Shown here in pieces: positions 19,070 to 28,647 of a stretch of 64,000 nt of DNA (position 1 is its first letter; every line of letters starts with the position of its first letter). The position numbers and the translations under genes are program-made. The DNA comes from an uncultured Acidimicrobiaceae bacterium (GTDB lineage: Bacteria; Actinomycetota; Acidimicrobiia; Acidimicrobiales; Bog-793), in contig CAWGNK010000014.1 of NCBI GenBank assembly GCA_963823945.1, positions 93,112 to 157,111 of the forward strand. Reading direction: 5' to 3'. Below the pieces are notes generated by a model. The model saw only the letters and a program-made list of their open reading frames with translations, was not told the DNA's origin and searched no databases.

Positions 19070-20027
19070 CCACACACCGGTCATGGTCGACGAGGTCGTC
19101 GATCTCCTCGCCCCCGTGCCGGCCGGCGTCATCGTCGACGCGACGCTCGGCGGCGCCGGACACGCCGTGGCGATTCTCGCCAGTCGCGCCGACCTGGTTC
19201 TCGTGGGCATCGACCGTGACGGCGACGCCGTCGCCGAGGCGACGAGCCGGCTCGCCGGGTTCGGTGCCCGCGCCAGGGTGTACCACGCCCGGTTCGACGC
19301 ACTCGACCAGGTGCTCGCGGCCGCCTTCCCCAAAGGCGCCGAGGCAGCGGGCGGCGTGTCGGCGGTCCTTTTCGACCTGGGGGTGAGCTCGCACCAGCTG
19401 GACGACCCGGCACGCGGGTTCTCGTACCGGGTCACCGCGCCGCTCGACATGCGCATGGACCGCGAGCTCTCAGTGAGCGCGCGGGACCTCGTGAACACCC
19501 TCGACGCCGACGCGCTCGCGCGCCTGTTCGCGGCGCACGGTGAGGAGCGCTTCGCCCATCGCATCGCCCGTGCGATCGTGCGCGAGCGCCCGCTCGACAC
19601 GACGAGCGCCCTCGCGCAGCTGGTCGCGCAGTCCGTGCCGCCGGGGGCGCGGCGTCGGGGCAATCCCGCCGGCCGCGTGTTCCAGGCGCTGCGGGTCGCG
19701 GTCAACGAGGAGCTCGACCAGCTTCCCGTCGCCCTCGGAAAGGCCTTCGACGCGCTCGGCACCGGGGGCCGCATCGTCACCCTCGCCTACCACTCCGGGG
19801 AGGACCGCCTCGTGAAGGAACGCTTCCGCACCTGGTCGAGCGGGGGCTGCACGTGCCCACCGGGCCTTCCCTGCGTCTGTGGGGCGCGCCCGACCGGTCG
19901 TCTGGTCACCCGGGGCGCGCGCCGCCCGTCGGCGGATGAGGTCGCGCGCAATCCCCGCGCCGCGGCCGCCCGATTGCGTGGCGTCGAGCGCCTGGCGGGC
20001 GACGACGCCGGGGCGGTGCGGCGATGA
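19053..20027 (+). CDS. rsmH: 16S rRNA m4C1402 methyltransferase RsmH (MraW)
   Basis: HTPVM, DATLGGAGH, DLGVSSHQLD..RGFSY, PLDMRMD, FQALRVAVNEEL, YHSGEDRLVK. Confidence 0.96.
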   Translation: MSQGTFHTPVMVDEVVDLLAPVPAGVIVDATLGGAGHAVAILASRADLVLVGIDRDGDAVAEATSRLAGFGARARVYHARFDALDQVLAAAFPKGAEAAGGVSAVLFDLGVSSHQLDDPARGFSYRVTAPLDMRMDRELSVSARDLVNTLDADALARLFAAHGEERFAHRIARAIVRERPLDTTSALAQLVAQSVPPGARRRGNPAGRVFQALRVAVNEELDQLPVALGKAFDALGTGGRIVTLAYHSGEDRLVKERFRTWSSGGCTCPPGLPCVCGARPTGRLVTRGARRPSADEVARNPRAAAARLRGVERLAGDDAGAVRR

Positions 20028-20464
20028 CGCCGGCCAGTGCCGCCCGGCTCGTCGCGCCGGCTCCCGGCGCGCAACCGGTTTCTGGCGCGCACGACGCCAA
20101 CCGGGCCGGCCTGACGGTCCTCGGCCGAGCCGAGCTCGCCCAGCGCCGCCTGCGCCGCCGGGCGCGACTGGTCGTCGTCCTGGCGGTGACCGTCGTCGCC
20201 GTCGCGCTCCTCGTCGTCGCCGCCGGGCAGGCCTTCGTCGCCACGCAGCAGGTCCGTCTGGACCGGCTCGATCGGGGGCTCGCCACCGCCGTCGCCCGGG
20301 ACCAGAACCTGCAGCTCACACGGGCGCAGCTCGCCTCGCCGTCGCGCATCCTGCGCGTCGCCGAGCACGAGCTCGGCATGGTTGTGCCGAGGAACGTCAC
20401 CTACCTCGTTCCTGTCAATCCCGACCGGTCCACCGCGCCCTCGGCGTCAAGGGCCGCGACGTGA
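20024..20464 (+). CDS. ftsL: Cell division protein FtsL-like
   Basis: Single TM plus coiled coil, L.SP.RI...A..ELGM; position between rsmH and ftsI. Confidence 0.75.
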   Translation: MTPASAARLVAPAPGAQPVSGAHDANRAGLTVLGRAELAQRRLRRRARLVVVLAVTVVAVALLVVAAGQAFVATQQVRLDRLDRGLATAVARDQNLQLTRAQLASPSRILRVAEHELGMVVPRNVTYLVPVNPDRSTAPSASRAAT

Positions 20465-22212
20465 CGAGGCAGGTGCGGCGGGGGGGCGACCGACGTAGTC
20501 CGGCGGCGCCGATCCGCCGGGCGCGCGTGCGCGTCCTCACGGTGCTGATGTCGCTCGCGGCGGTCGGTCTCGCGATCCGCCTCAGTGTCGTCCAGGTGGT
20601 CGACGCCGCCCGCTACACGGCCGGCGCGAGAAGCGAGGTCGAGCGGACGGTTGAGCTGCCCGCGACGCGGGGCACGATCTACGACAGCGCCGGCGACGTC
20701 CTTGCCGTCTCGGTCCCGCGTGCCACGCTGCTCGCCGATGACCTGCAGATCACCGCGCCCGCCTCCGAGGCGAGAAGGCTCGGGCACCTGCTCGGCGTTC
20801 CCACCGCCCGGCTGACGGCCGAACTGAGCGAGCGGAACGGGCACGTCGTCCTCGCCCGCGGCCTGGACGACGCCGTCGTGGCCGGGATCGAGAAGCACGA
20901 CTTCGCGGGTCTCGCCTTCGTCGCCGACAGCGTGCGCGTCTCCACGGGCGGCGACGTCTTCCAACCGCTGCTCGGCGTGGTGAACACCACCGGGGTGGGT
21001 TACGAAGGGATCGAGGAGGCGGACAACGGCCTGCTGGCCGGGCGGGCCGGCCGCGAGACCGTCGCGCTCGCGCCGGGGCGGTACGCGCTCCCCGGCAGGC
21101 CGACGCACCTGCTCGCCGCCCGACCGGGCACCGGGATCGTCCTCACGATCGACGAGCCGTTGCAGGTCGAGGTGACCAAGGACCTCGCCGCCCAGATACT
21201 CGCCACGCACGCCAGATCCGGCGTCGCCATCGTGATGGACGTCCACAGCGGGGCGATCCTCGCGATGGTGGACCTCGTAGTCGGGGCGCGCGGGCGGGTC
21301 GAGCCGGCGGCGACGAACCTCGCCGCCACGGCCGTCTACCAGCCCGGCTCCGTGATGAAGCTCGTCACGGTGATGGCCGCCCTGCAGGCCGGGCTGATCA
21401 CGCCCTCGACGGTGTTCACCGTCCCCGACTCGATCGACGTCGGCGGCTACCGCTTCGCCGACGCCGAGGTCCACCCGACCGAGCAGCTCACGGTGGCCCA
21501 GATCCTCGCGGTGTCCTCGAACGTCGGCACGATCGAGATCGCACAACGCCTCGGGCTCGCCCGGCTCGCCGCCGCGCTGTCGGCCCTCGGCTTCGGCCAC
21601 CCGACCGGCCTCGGCTGGCCGGGGGAGTCAGCGGGGATCGTCGGTTCGCCGGCGACGTGGTTCGGCTCGGCCGCGGCGTCGGTGCCGATCGGCACCGGCA
21701 TCGCGGTGACGCCGCTCCAGGTGCTCGACGCCTACAACACGATCGCCAACGGCGGCGTGTCGGTGGCGCCGCATCTCGTCGCCGACACGGTGGGCGCCGG
21801 CGGGGCGGAGCGGGTGCTCGCGCCGGCAGCTGGCGTGCGGAAGGTGTCGGCCGCGACGGCCGCCGCGCTGGTGCCGATGCTGGAGGGGGTCGTCCAGGAT
21901 GGAACGGCCGTGCTGGCGAACATCCCGGGGTACACGGTCGCCGGCAAGACGGGCACCGCGCAGGTCCCCGAGACGACGGGGCGCGGCTACGTCGCCGGCG
22001 ATTGGAACGCGACGTTCGTCGGATTCGTGCCCGCAAAGCACCCGCAACTCTCGGGGATCGTCGTACTGAACCACCCGACACCGATCTACGGTGGACTCGT
22101 GTCCGCCCCCGTCTTTTCTCAGATCATGCGGTACGCACTGCGCCGCTTCGACATCCCGCCCTCGTCCGGGGCAACGCTCGTCGCGAACGTGAGCCCCACC
22201 CCGAAGCGGTGA
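20461..22212 (+). CDS. ftsI: Penicillin-binding protein (FtsI-type transpeptidase)
   Basis: RGTIYD, PGSVMK (SxxK), SSNVG (SxN), GKTGTAQ (KTG). Confidence 0.93.
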   Translation: MTRQVRRGGDRRSPAAPIRRARVRVLTVLMSLAAVGLAIRLSVVQVVDAARYTAGARSEVERTVELPATRGTIYDSAGDVLAVSVPRATLLADDLQITAPASEARRLGHLLGVPTARLTAELSERNGHVVLARGLDDAVVAGIEKHDFAGLAFVADSVRVSTGGDVFQPLLGVVNTTGVGYEGIEEADNGLLAGRAGRETVALAPGRYALPGRPTHLLAARPGTGIVLTIDEPLQVEVTKDLAAQILATHARSGVAIVMDVHSGAILAMVDLVVGARGRVEPAATNLAATAVYQPGSVMKLVTVMAALQAGLITPSTVFTVPDSIDVGGYRFADAEVHPTEQLTVAQILAVSSNVGTIEIAQRLGLARLAAALSALGFGHPTGLGWPGESAGIVGSPATWFGSAAASVPIGTGIAVTPLQVLDAYNTIANGGVSVAPHLVADTVGAGGAERVLAPAAGVRKVSAATAAALVPMLEGVVQDGTAVLANIPGYTVAGKTGTAQVPETTGRGYVAGDWNATFVGFVPAKHPQLSGIVVLNHPTPIYGGLVSAPVFSQIMRYALRRFDIPPSSGATLVANVSPTPKR

Positions 22213-23728
22213 CGAGACCGACGACGCAGGGCGTGGACGCCGACCTCGTGGTCGCGCGGATCATCGAACGGGTCGCGCCGCTCGTCACGCTGGGCGGCCG
22301 TCGGCGCATGGCGATCAGCGGCGTCGTGTTCGACGACCGCGAGGCGGTCCCGGGGTCGCTGTTCTGCTGTCTCCCGGGCGCCCGGCGCGACGGGCACGAC
22401 TTCGCCGGCCTCGCGGCGGCGGCGGGTGCCGTGGCGTTCATCTGCGAGCACACGCTCGGCGCCGAGGTCGGCGATGCCCTTCAGCTCGTGGTCCCGCCCG
22501 GCACGGCGCGGATCGCGATGGCGCGGGCCGCCTGCGCCTTCTACGGCGACCCGGCATCAGCCCTCCACACCGTCGGGATCACCGGCACGAACGGCAAGAC
22601 GACGACGACGTACCTCCTGCAGTCGATTCTCGAGCGGGCCGGCTGGCCGACCGGGGTGATCGGGACGCTCGACGGGGCGCGCACGACGCCCGAGTCGCCC
22701 CACCTGCAGCGGTCTCTGGCGGAGATGCGCGGCGCCGGTATGGCCGCGAGCGTCATGGAGGTGAGCTCACACGCCCTCGTGCAGCACCGGGTCGACGGGA
22801 TCCGGTTCGACGTGGCGGTCTTCACGAACCTCTCGCGGGACCACCTCGACTACCACGAGACGCTCGAGGCGTACTTCGCGGCCAAAGCGAGGCTGTTCAC
22901 CTCGGAACGGGCCCGTTTCGCCGTCGTCAACCGCGACGACGAGTTCGGCCGGCGTCTTTTCGACCGCGCCGAGATCCCGACGGTCTCGTTCTCACTGGAC
23001 GACGTGCGTGATCTCCAGCTGGGCCTGACCGAGAGCAGCTTCCGGCTGGGCAAGCGGCTGGTGCAGCTCCACCTCGGCGGCGATTTCAACGTCTCGAACG
23101 CGCTCGCCGCGGCGAGCGCGGCCCGGGCCCTCGGTGTCGAACCGGACGCCATCGTCGAGGGGCTCGGGCAGATGGAGGGGGTTCCCGGCCGGTTCGAGGC
23201 CATCGAGGGCGCGGGCGGGGTGATCGCGATCGTCGACTACGCCCACACCCCGGCCGGCCTCGAGAAGGTGCTGACCACGGTGCGCGCCGAACGCGCCGGG
23301 GCGGACGTGTCCCACCAGCCGGGCGTCATCGTCGTGTTCGGTTGCGGCGGGGACCGGGATCGCGGCAAGCGGCCCGTGATGGGCGCGGTCGCCTCGCGCC
23401 TCGCCGACGTCGTCGTGCTGACGACCGACAATCCGCGCAGCGAGGATCCGATCGCAGTCATCGAGGAGATCCGCGCCGGGATGTCCGGACCCGCCAAGCT
23501 CGTCGTCGAGCCGAACCGCCGGACGGCGATCGCCGGGGCGCTGCGCGCCGCCCGGCCCGGCGACGTCGTGGTCGTGGCGGGCAAGGGCCACGAGACGACG
23601 CAGCAGTTCGCCGACGTGACCCTGCACTTCAACGACCGGGAGGTCGTGCGCGCCGAGCTGGAGTGGGTCGAACGGCACCTCCGACACTCGGCAGGAGAGG
23701 CCAGACCGCGGGGCGTGGGGCGGCCTGA
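22209..23728 (+). CDS. murE: UDP-MurNAc-tripeptide synthetase MurE; likely 1-nt frameshift in the C-terminal tail (~23690-23725)
   Basis: GITGTNGKTTT, MEVSSH, TNLSRDHLDYH, VDYAHTP, DNPR (meso-DAP), GKGHE; probable stop is the TGA overlapping the mraY ATG, one base out of frame. Confidence 0.92.
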
Positions 23729-24762
23729 TGATCGCGATCTTCATGGCCGGCACCCTGGCCCTGCTGATTTCGGGCTTCGGGACCCCGATCCTGCTGCGGG
23801 CGCTGGCGGACCGTCGCATCGGCCAGCAGATCAGACCGGACGGCCCGGCGATCCACATCGTGAAGGAAGGCACGCCGACGATGGGCGGGCTCGCGATCAT
23901 CGTCGCCGCGACCACCGGGTACGTCCTCGGGCACCTCGACGGCAACGCGCCGTTCACCTGGGCGGGCGGATTCGTCATGTTCGCGCTCGTCGCCGCCGGG
24001 GCGATCGGCTTCGCCGACGACTGGCTGAAGGTGCGGCGCCAGCGCAGTCTCGGGCTGAACAAGCGCGGCAAGATCGTCCTGCAGCTGCTCCTCGGCGTCG
24101 CCTTCGCGCTCGCGGTCCAGCACTTCGCCCACGCCGACACGGTGATCTCGTTCACGCGCGCGAGTGTGCCGGGGGTCGCCCTCGGCACCGCGCTGTGGTT
24201 GGTCTGGGTGACCTTCATCCTGACGGCCGGGGCGAACGCCGTGAACCTGACCGACGGCCTCGACGGGCTCGCCGCGGGCGCCTGCGCCTTCACCTTCGCC
24301 GGGCTCACACTCATCGGCTACTGGCAGTACCGCCACGTGCAGATCTACCACGTGCACGCCGCCCTCGACCTCGCGCTCGTCGCCATCGCGATGGCCGGCG
24401 CCTGCGTGGGTTTCCTCTGGTGGAACGCGGCCCCGGCGCGCATCTTCATGGGGGACACGGGATCGCTGGCGATCGGGACCGCGCTCGCCTGCCTCGCCCT
24501 CGAGATGAACGTGCAGCTGCTCCTGCCCATCCTCGGCGGCCTGTTCGTCGTCGTCACGCTGTCGGTCGTCATCCAGGTGATCAGCTTCCGGGTCTTCCAC
24601 ACCCGGGTGTTCCGGATGGCGCCCATCCACCACCACTTCGAGCTCGCCGGTTGGCCCGAGACGACCGTGATCGTGCGGTTCTGGATCTTCTCGGCCCTGT
24701 GCACGGCGGTCGGGCTCGGCATCTTCTACGCCGACTTCCTCGGCGTGCGGGCGCTGCTGTGA
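23728..24762 (+). CDS. mraY: Phospho-N-acetylmuramoyl-pentapeptide transferase MraY
   Basis: KEGTPTMGG, GFADDWLK, NAVNLTDGLDGLA, FMGDTGSL, MAPIHHHFEL. Confidence 0.96.
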   Translation: MIAIFMAGTLALLISGFGTPILLRALADRRIGQQIRPDGPAIHIVKEGTPTMGGLAIIVAATTGYVLGHLDGNAPFTWAGGFVMFALVAAGAIGFADDWLKVRRQRSLGLNKRGKIVLQLLLGVAFALAVQHFAHADTVISFTRASVPGVALGTALWLVWVTFILTAGANAVNLTDGLDGLAAGACAFTFAGLTLIGYWQYRHVQIYHVHAALDLALVAIAMAGACVGFLWWNAAPARIFMGDTGSLAIGTALACLALEMNVQLLLPILGGLFVVVTLSVVIQVISFRVFHTRVFRMAPIHHHFELAGWPETTVIVRFWIFSALCTAVGLGIFYADFLGVRALL

Positions 24763-26141
24763 GCGGGCTCCACCCGGCCGGACCGGCCGTCGCGGGGCCG
24801 GTCGCGGTGATCGGCTTCGCCGTCACAGGCCAGGCGGTGGCGCGCGCGCTCGGGGCGATGGGCGTCGAGGTCGTGGCGGTCGAGGACGCGCCGACCCCGG
24901 CACGGGATGCGGCGGCGCACGAGCTCGGCGTCGAACTCGTCACGGCGCCGGACGCCGACAAGCTCGCCGCCACGGTGGGGCGCTGCGAGCTCGTCGTCGT
25001 CTCGCCCGGCGTTCCGCCGCGCCACCCGGTGTTCTCGCTCGTTGCCGCCGACCGGCTCGTCTCGGAGATCGAGCTCGCCTGGCGGATCTCGCCCATCCCG
25101 GTCGTGGCGGTGACGGGGACGAACGGCAAGACGACGGTGACGGACCTTGTGACGGCGATGCTCGTCGCCTCGGGGGTGCGCGCCGAAGCCTCCGGCAACA
25201 TCGGCCGGCCGCTGATCGCGACCGTGACCGCCGGCCAGGCCGCGCTCGCGGTGGCGGAGGTCTCCTCGTTCCAGCTCGCGCTGAGCTCGTCGTTCCGTCC
25301 CCACGTCGCGACGTGGCTGAACGTCGCCGAGAACCATCTCGACTGGCACCGGTCGTTCGACGACTACGTGGCCGCCAAGGCCCGGATCTGGGCGAACCAG
25401 GACGCCACCGACGTCGCGTTGGCGAACGCCGACGATGCCGTCGTCATGGCCGCGGCGAGGGCGTCGCGAGCGCGGGTCGTCACGTTCGGCTCGACCGGCG
25501 ACGGCTACCGGGTCGAGGGCACGTCTCTCGTCGCCCCCGACGGGACGCTGCTCGCGACGAGCGGCGATCTCGTGCGGGACCTGCCCCATGACCGCCTGAA
25601 CGCCCTGGCGGCGCTGGCGACCGCCCTCGAGGCGGGCGGCTCGCCCGACGGGTGCCGCCGCGCCCTGCGGGTGACGGGCCCGCCGGCCCACCGCCTGACC
25701 CACGTCGCCACGGTCGACGGGGTGGAGTACTACGACGACTCGAAGGCGACCACCCCCGCCGCCGTGGCGGCCGCGGTGCGGGGCTTCTCCTCGGTGGTGC
25801 TCATCCTCGGCGGCCGCAACAAGGGGCTCGACCTGTCCGAGGTGCGGCGCGCCGTCGAGGGGACCCCGGGGCTGCGGGTGCGCGGCATCGTCGCGACCGG
25901 CGAGGCGGCGCCCGACGTCGCGGCGTTGTTCGCCCACGGCTACGAGGTCGCGACGGCCTCGTCGATGGGCGAGGCGGTCTCGGCCGCGGCGGGGCTGGCG
26001 CGACCCGGTGACGCGGTGCTGCTGTCGCCCGCCTGCGCGTCTTTCGACTCGTACGAGTCGTACGAGGCCCGTGGCGACGACTTCACGGCGACCGTGCGCG
26101 AGCTGGCGGCGCGCGCCGGCGCCCACCGCGTGGGGGCCTGA
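24759..26141 (+). CDS. murD: UDP-MurNAc-L-Ala-D-Glu ligase MurD
   Basis: SPGVP, VTGTNGKTT, GNIG, EVSSFQL, NHLDWH, DDSKAT, LLSPACASFD. Confidence 0.95.
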   Translation: MSGLHPAGPAVAGPVAVIGFAVTGQAVARALGAMGVEVVAVEDAPTPARDAAAHELGVELVTAPDADKLAATVGRCELVVVSPGVPPRHPVFSLVAADRLVSEIELAWRISPIPVVAVTGTNGKTTVTDLVTAMLVASGVRAEASGNIGRPLIATVTAGQAALAVAEVSSFQLALSSSFRPHVATWLNVAENHLDWHRSFDDYVAAKARIWANQDATDVALANADDAVVMAAARASRARVVTFGSTGDGYRVEGTSLVAPDGTLLATSGDLVRDLPHDRLNALAALATALEAGGSPDGCRRALRVTGPPAHRLTHVATVDGVEYYDDSKATTPAAVAAAVRGFSSVVLILGGRNKGLDLSEVRRAVEGTPGLRVRGIVATGEAAPDVAALFAHGYEVATASSMGEAVSAAAGLARPGDAVLLSPACASFDSYESYEARGDDFTATVRELAARAGAHRVGA

Positions 26142-26143
26142 CC

Positions 26144-27463
26144 ATGGCGACGGGTGTCATCGAGCGGCGCGCGGCTCCCCGGCCGGCGGGGCGCGAGCAC
26201 CCCGGGGCCGGCCGGTTGCGCCTCGTCTCGGGTGCGGCCGCCGCGCCCCGCGGCGATGTCGAGACGGCCCGGACGAGCCCGGCGCCCGCGCGCCCGCGCC
26301 CACGGCCGGCGGTTCTGGCGGCGCGGCGGGACGCGACGGCGCTCACCGCCCTCGTCATCGGGTTCTGCGTCCTCGGTCTCGTGATGGTGCTGTCGTCGTC
26401 GGTCGAGTCGATCGCGGACGACGGCTCGGCCTGGTCGGTCTTCGCCCACCAGGCGATGTGGATGAGCCTCGGTGCCGCCGTGTTCGTCGCGGCGACGCGT
26501 CTGCCGCTGCAGCTGTGGCGGCGGGCCGCGGTCCCGTTCCTTGTCTGCACGGTCCTCGCGCTGGTCGCGGTGCTCGTGCGAGGGATCGGCACCGTGCGGG
26601 CCGGATCCGCCCGCTGGATCGACCTCGGGCCGCTGCGCCTGCAGCCGTCGGAGTTCGCGAAGCTCGCCGCGGTCGTGTTCATCGCCGACCTGCTGGCGCG
26701 GCGCCTCGGCCACGCGGGGGCGCAGGCGGAGGTCGTGCGCCCGGTGCTCATCGTGCTGGGCGTGCTCGCGATCCTCGTCGGCATCCAGCCCGACCTCGGG
26801 ACGACGGCGGTCATCGTCGCGATCGGGGCGGTGCTGCTGTTCGCGGCGGGCGTGCCGGTGCGCCGAGTCCTCGGGATCGGGGGACTGTTCGCCATCGTCG
26901 GCGCCGGGCTGCTGTACCACACGTCGTACGGCAGGGCCCGGATCGAGGCGTTCCTGAACCCGTCGGCCCACGCCTCGACGACCGGCTACCAGGTCGCCCA
27001 GTCCCTTCTCGCTCTCGGTTCCGGGCACTGGTTCGGGAGCGGGATCGGCAGCTCGCCGGCCGCGTGGGGCTACCTGCCGAACGCGAACTCCGATTTCATC
27101 TACGCGATCATCGGCAACAACTTCGGCCTCGTCGGGGCGATGGGCGTCCTGTGCGGGTTCTTGGCGCTCGGCTGGCTCGGTTTCCGGATCGCCCGCCGCA
27201 CCGAGGACCGCTTCGCCTCGCTCGTCGTCATCGGCGTCACGACCTGGATCGTCGTCCAGGCGTTCGTCAACATCGGCGGGGTCATCGGCGCCCTGCCGGA
27301 GACGGGCATCCCGTTGCCGTTCGTCTCCGCGGGGGGCTCCTCGCTCGTCGTTTTGCTCGCCGCGATGGGGTTGGTTGTCCGCATCGCCCGCCAGCCCGCG
27401 GCGAAGACTCTGGCGACCGCCGACGTGCGGCGCGCGCGACGACGTCTGCCGGCGGGGCGGTGA
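26144..27463 (+). CDS. ftsW: SEDS peptidoglycan polymerase FtsW
   Basis: RWIDLG..LQPSEFAK, QPDLGT, GYQVAQS, DFIYAII, GIPLPFVSAGGSS. Confidence 0.94.
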   Translation: MATGVIERRAAPRPAGREHPGAGRLRLVSGAAAAPRGDVETARTSPAPARPRPRPAVLAARRDATALTALVIGFCVLGLVMVLSSSVESIADDGSAWSVFAHQAMWMSLGAAVFVAATRLPLQLWRRAAVPFLVCTVLALVAVLVRGIGTVRAGSARWIDLGPLRLQPSEFAKLAAVVFIADLLARRLGHAGAQAEVVRPVLIVLGVLAILVGIQPDLGTTAVIVAIGAVLLFAAGVPVRRVLGIGGLFAIVGAGLLYHTSYGRARIEAFLNPSAHASTTGYQVAQSLLALGSGHWFGSGIGSSPAAWGYLPNANSDFIYAIIGNNFGLVGAMGVLCGFLALGWLGFRIARRTEDRFASLVVIGVTTWIVVQAFVNIGGVIGALPETGIPLPFVSAGGSSLVVLLAAMGLVVRIARQPAAKTLATADVRRARRRLPAGR

Positions 27464-28647
27464 CGACGACCCGAGCCGAGGTGGTGATCACCGGCGGTGC
27501 GACCGCCGGTCATGTCCTGCCGGCAATCGCGGTGGCCCGCGCGCTCGTCGCCGCGGGGCTGGCGCCGGGGGCGATTCGTTTCGTGGGGGTGCGACGGGGG
27601 ATTGAACGGCGCCTCGTGCCGGAGGCCGGCTTCTCGCTGACACTGCTGCCCGGACGTGGCTTCGTCCGGCGCGCGAGCCTGCGCAACGTGGCGGCGTTCG
27701 CCGGCATCGTGGCGGCGTTCGCCGCCTCCCTCGTCCAGCTCGGGCGGGCCCGGCCCCGCGTGGTCGTCGCCGTCGGCGGTTTCGGGTCGGTGGCCTGCTC
27801 GCTCGCCGCGGTGGTGTGGCGGGTGCCGGTCGTCGTCGTCAACGTCGACTCGGTCCCGGGCGCGGCGAACCGGATGATCGGGCGCTTCGCCACCGCCTGC
27901 GCCGTCGCCTTCCCGGGAACGGCGCTCCCGCGGGCGGTCGTCACCGGGGCCCCGGTCCGGCCCGAGGTGCTGAGCGTCGACCGGACCGCGACCGGTCGGG
28001 CGCGCGCGCGGGCCGCCCTCGGGATCGCCGGACGGGGCCCGCTCGTGGGCGTCGTCGGGGGCTCGTTGGGGGCTCGTCGCCTGAACGAGGCGGCGATCGG
28101 GCTCGCCGGGCTGATGGGCGGGCGCGGCGACGCCGTCGTCTACCACGTCTGCGGGCGGCGTTCGCTGGCCGCGGTGACGGCCGCCGCCGCAGCGGCGGGG
28201 CTCACCGACCGCCCGGGGCTCGAGTACCGGGTCGTCGCCTACGAGGACCATCTGGCCGAGCTGTTCGCCGCCGCCGATCTGGTCGTCGGGCGCGCCGGGG
28301 CCTCGACGGTCGCCGAGCTGGCGGCGATCGGCACGCCGAGCATCCTCGTGCCGCTGCCGGGGGCGCCGTCGGACCACCAGGCCAAGAACGCCGCCTGGCT
28401 GTGCGAGGCGGGCGCGGCGGTGCTCGTCAGAGACGACGAGGCGACGCCGGAGCGCGTGTTCGGCGCGGTCGTCGCGCTGCTCGACGACCCGGCGCGCCTT
28501 GGCGCGATGGGTGAGGCCGCGCGCCGCGCCGGCCGGCGCGACGCGGCCGGCGCCGTGGCGTCGCTGGTCTGTGACGTCGCCGCCGGCAGGTGGACGAACA
28601 AGGGCGCGACCGCCCGGGGTGGCGCCGGACCTGAGGAGGGCCAGTGA
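27460..28647 (+). CDS. murG: Undecaprenyl-PP-MurNAc-pentapeptide GlcNAc transferase MurG
   Basis: TGGATAGHVLP, GGSLGA, RAGASTVAEL, HQAKNA. Confidence 0.94.
   Translation: MTTTRAEVVITGGATAGHVLPAIAVARALVAAGLAPGAIRFVGVRRGIERRLVPEAGFSLTLLPGRGFVRRASLRNVAAFAGIVAAFAASLVQLGRARPRVVVAVGGFGSVACSLAAVVWRVPVVVVNVDSVPGAANRMIGRFATACAVAFPGTALPRAVVTGAPVRPEVLSVDRTATGRARARAALGIAGRGPLVGVVGGSLGARRLNEAAIGLAGLMGGRGDAVVYHVCGRRSLAAVTAAAAAAGLTDRPGLEYRVVAYEDHLAELFAAADLVVGRAGASTVAELAAIGTPSILVPLPGAPSDHQAKNAAWLCEAGAAVLVRDDEATPERVFGAVVALLDDPARLGAMGEAARRAGRRDAAGAVASLVCDVAAGRWTNKGATARGGAGPEEGQ

Noticed and set aside
21657-26141. 1494-aa ORF as a real MurE-MurD megasynthetase
   Set aside because: The middle is an Arg-rich off-frame reading of mraY; one missing base near the end of murE explains it and murD has its own GTGA start
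27487-27515. MurG motif GGATAGH instead of GGGTGGH
   Set aside because: Minor substitutions; the other MurG motifs and the gene position are normal
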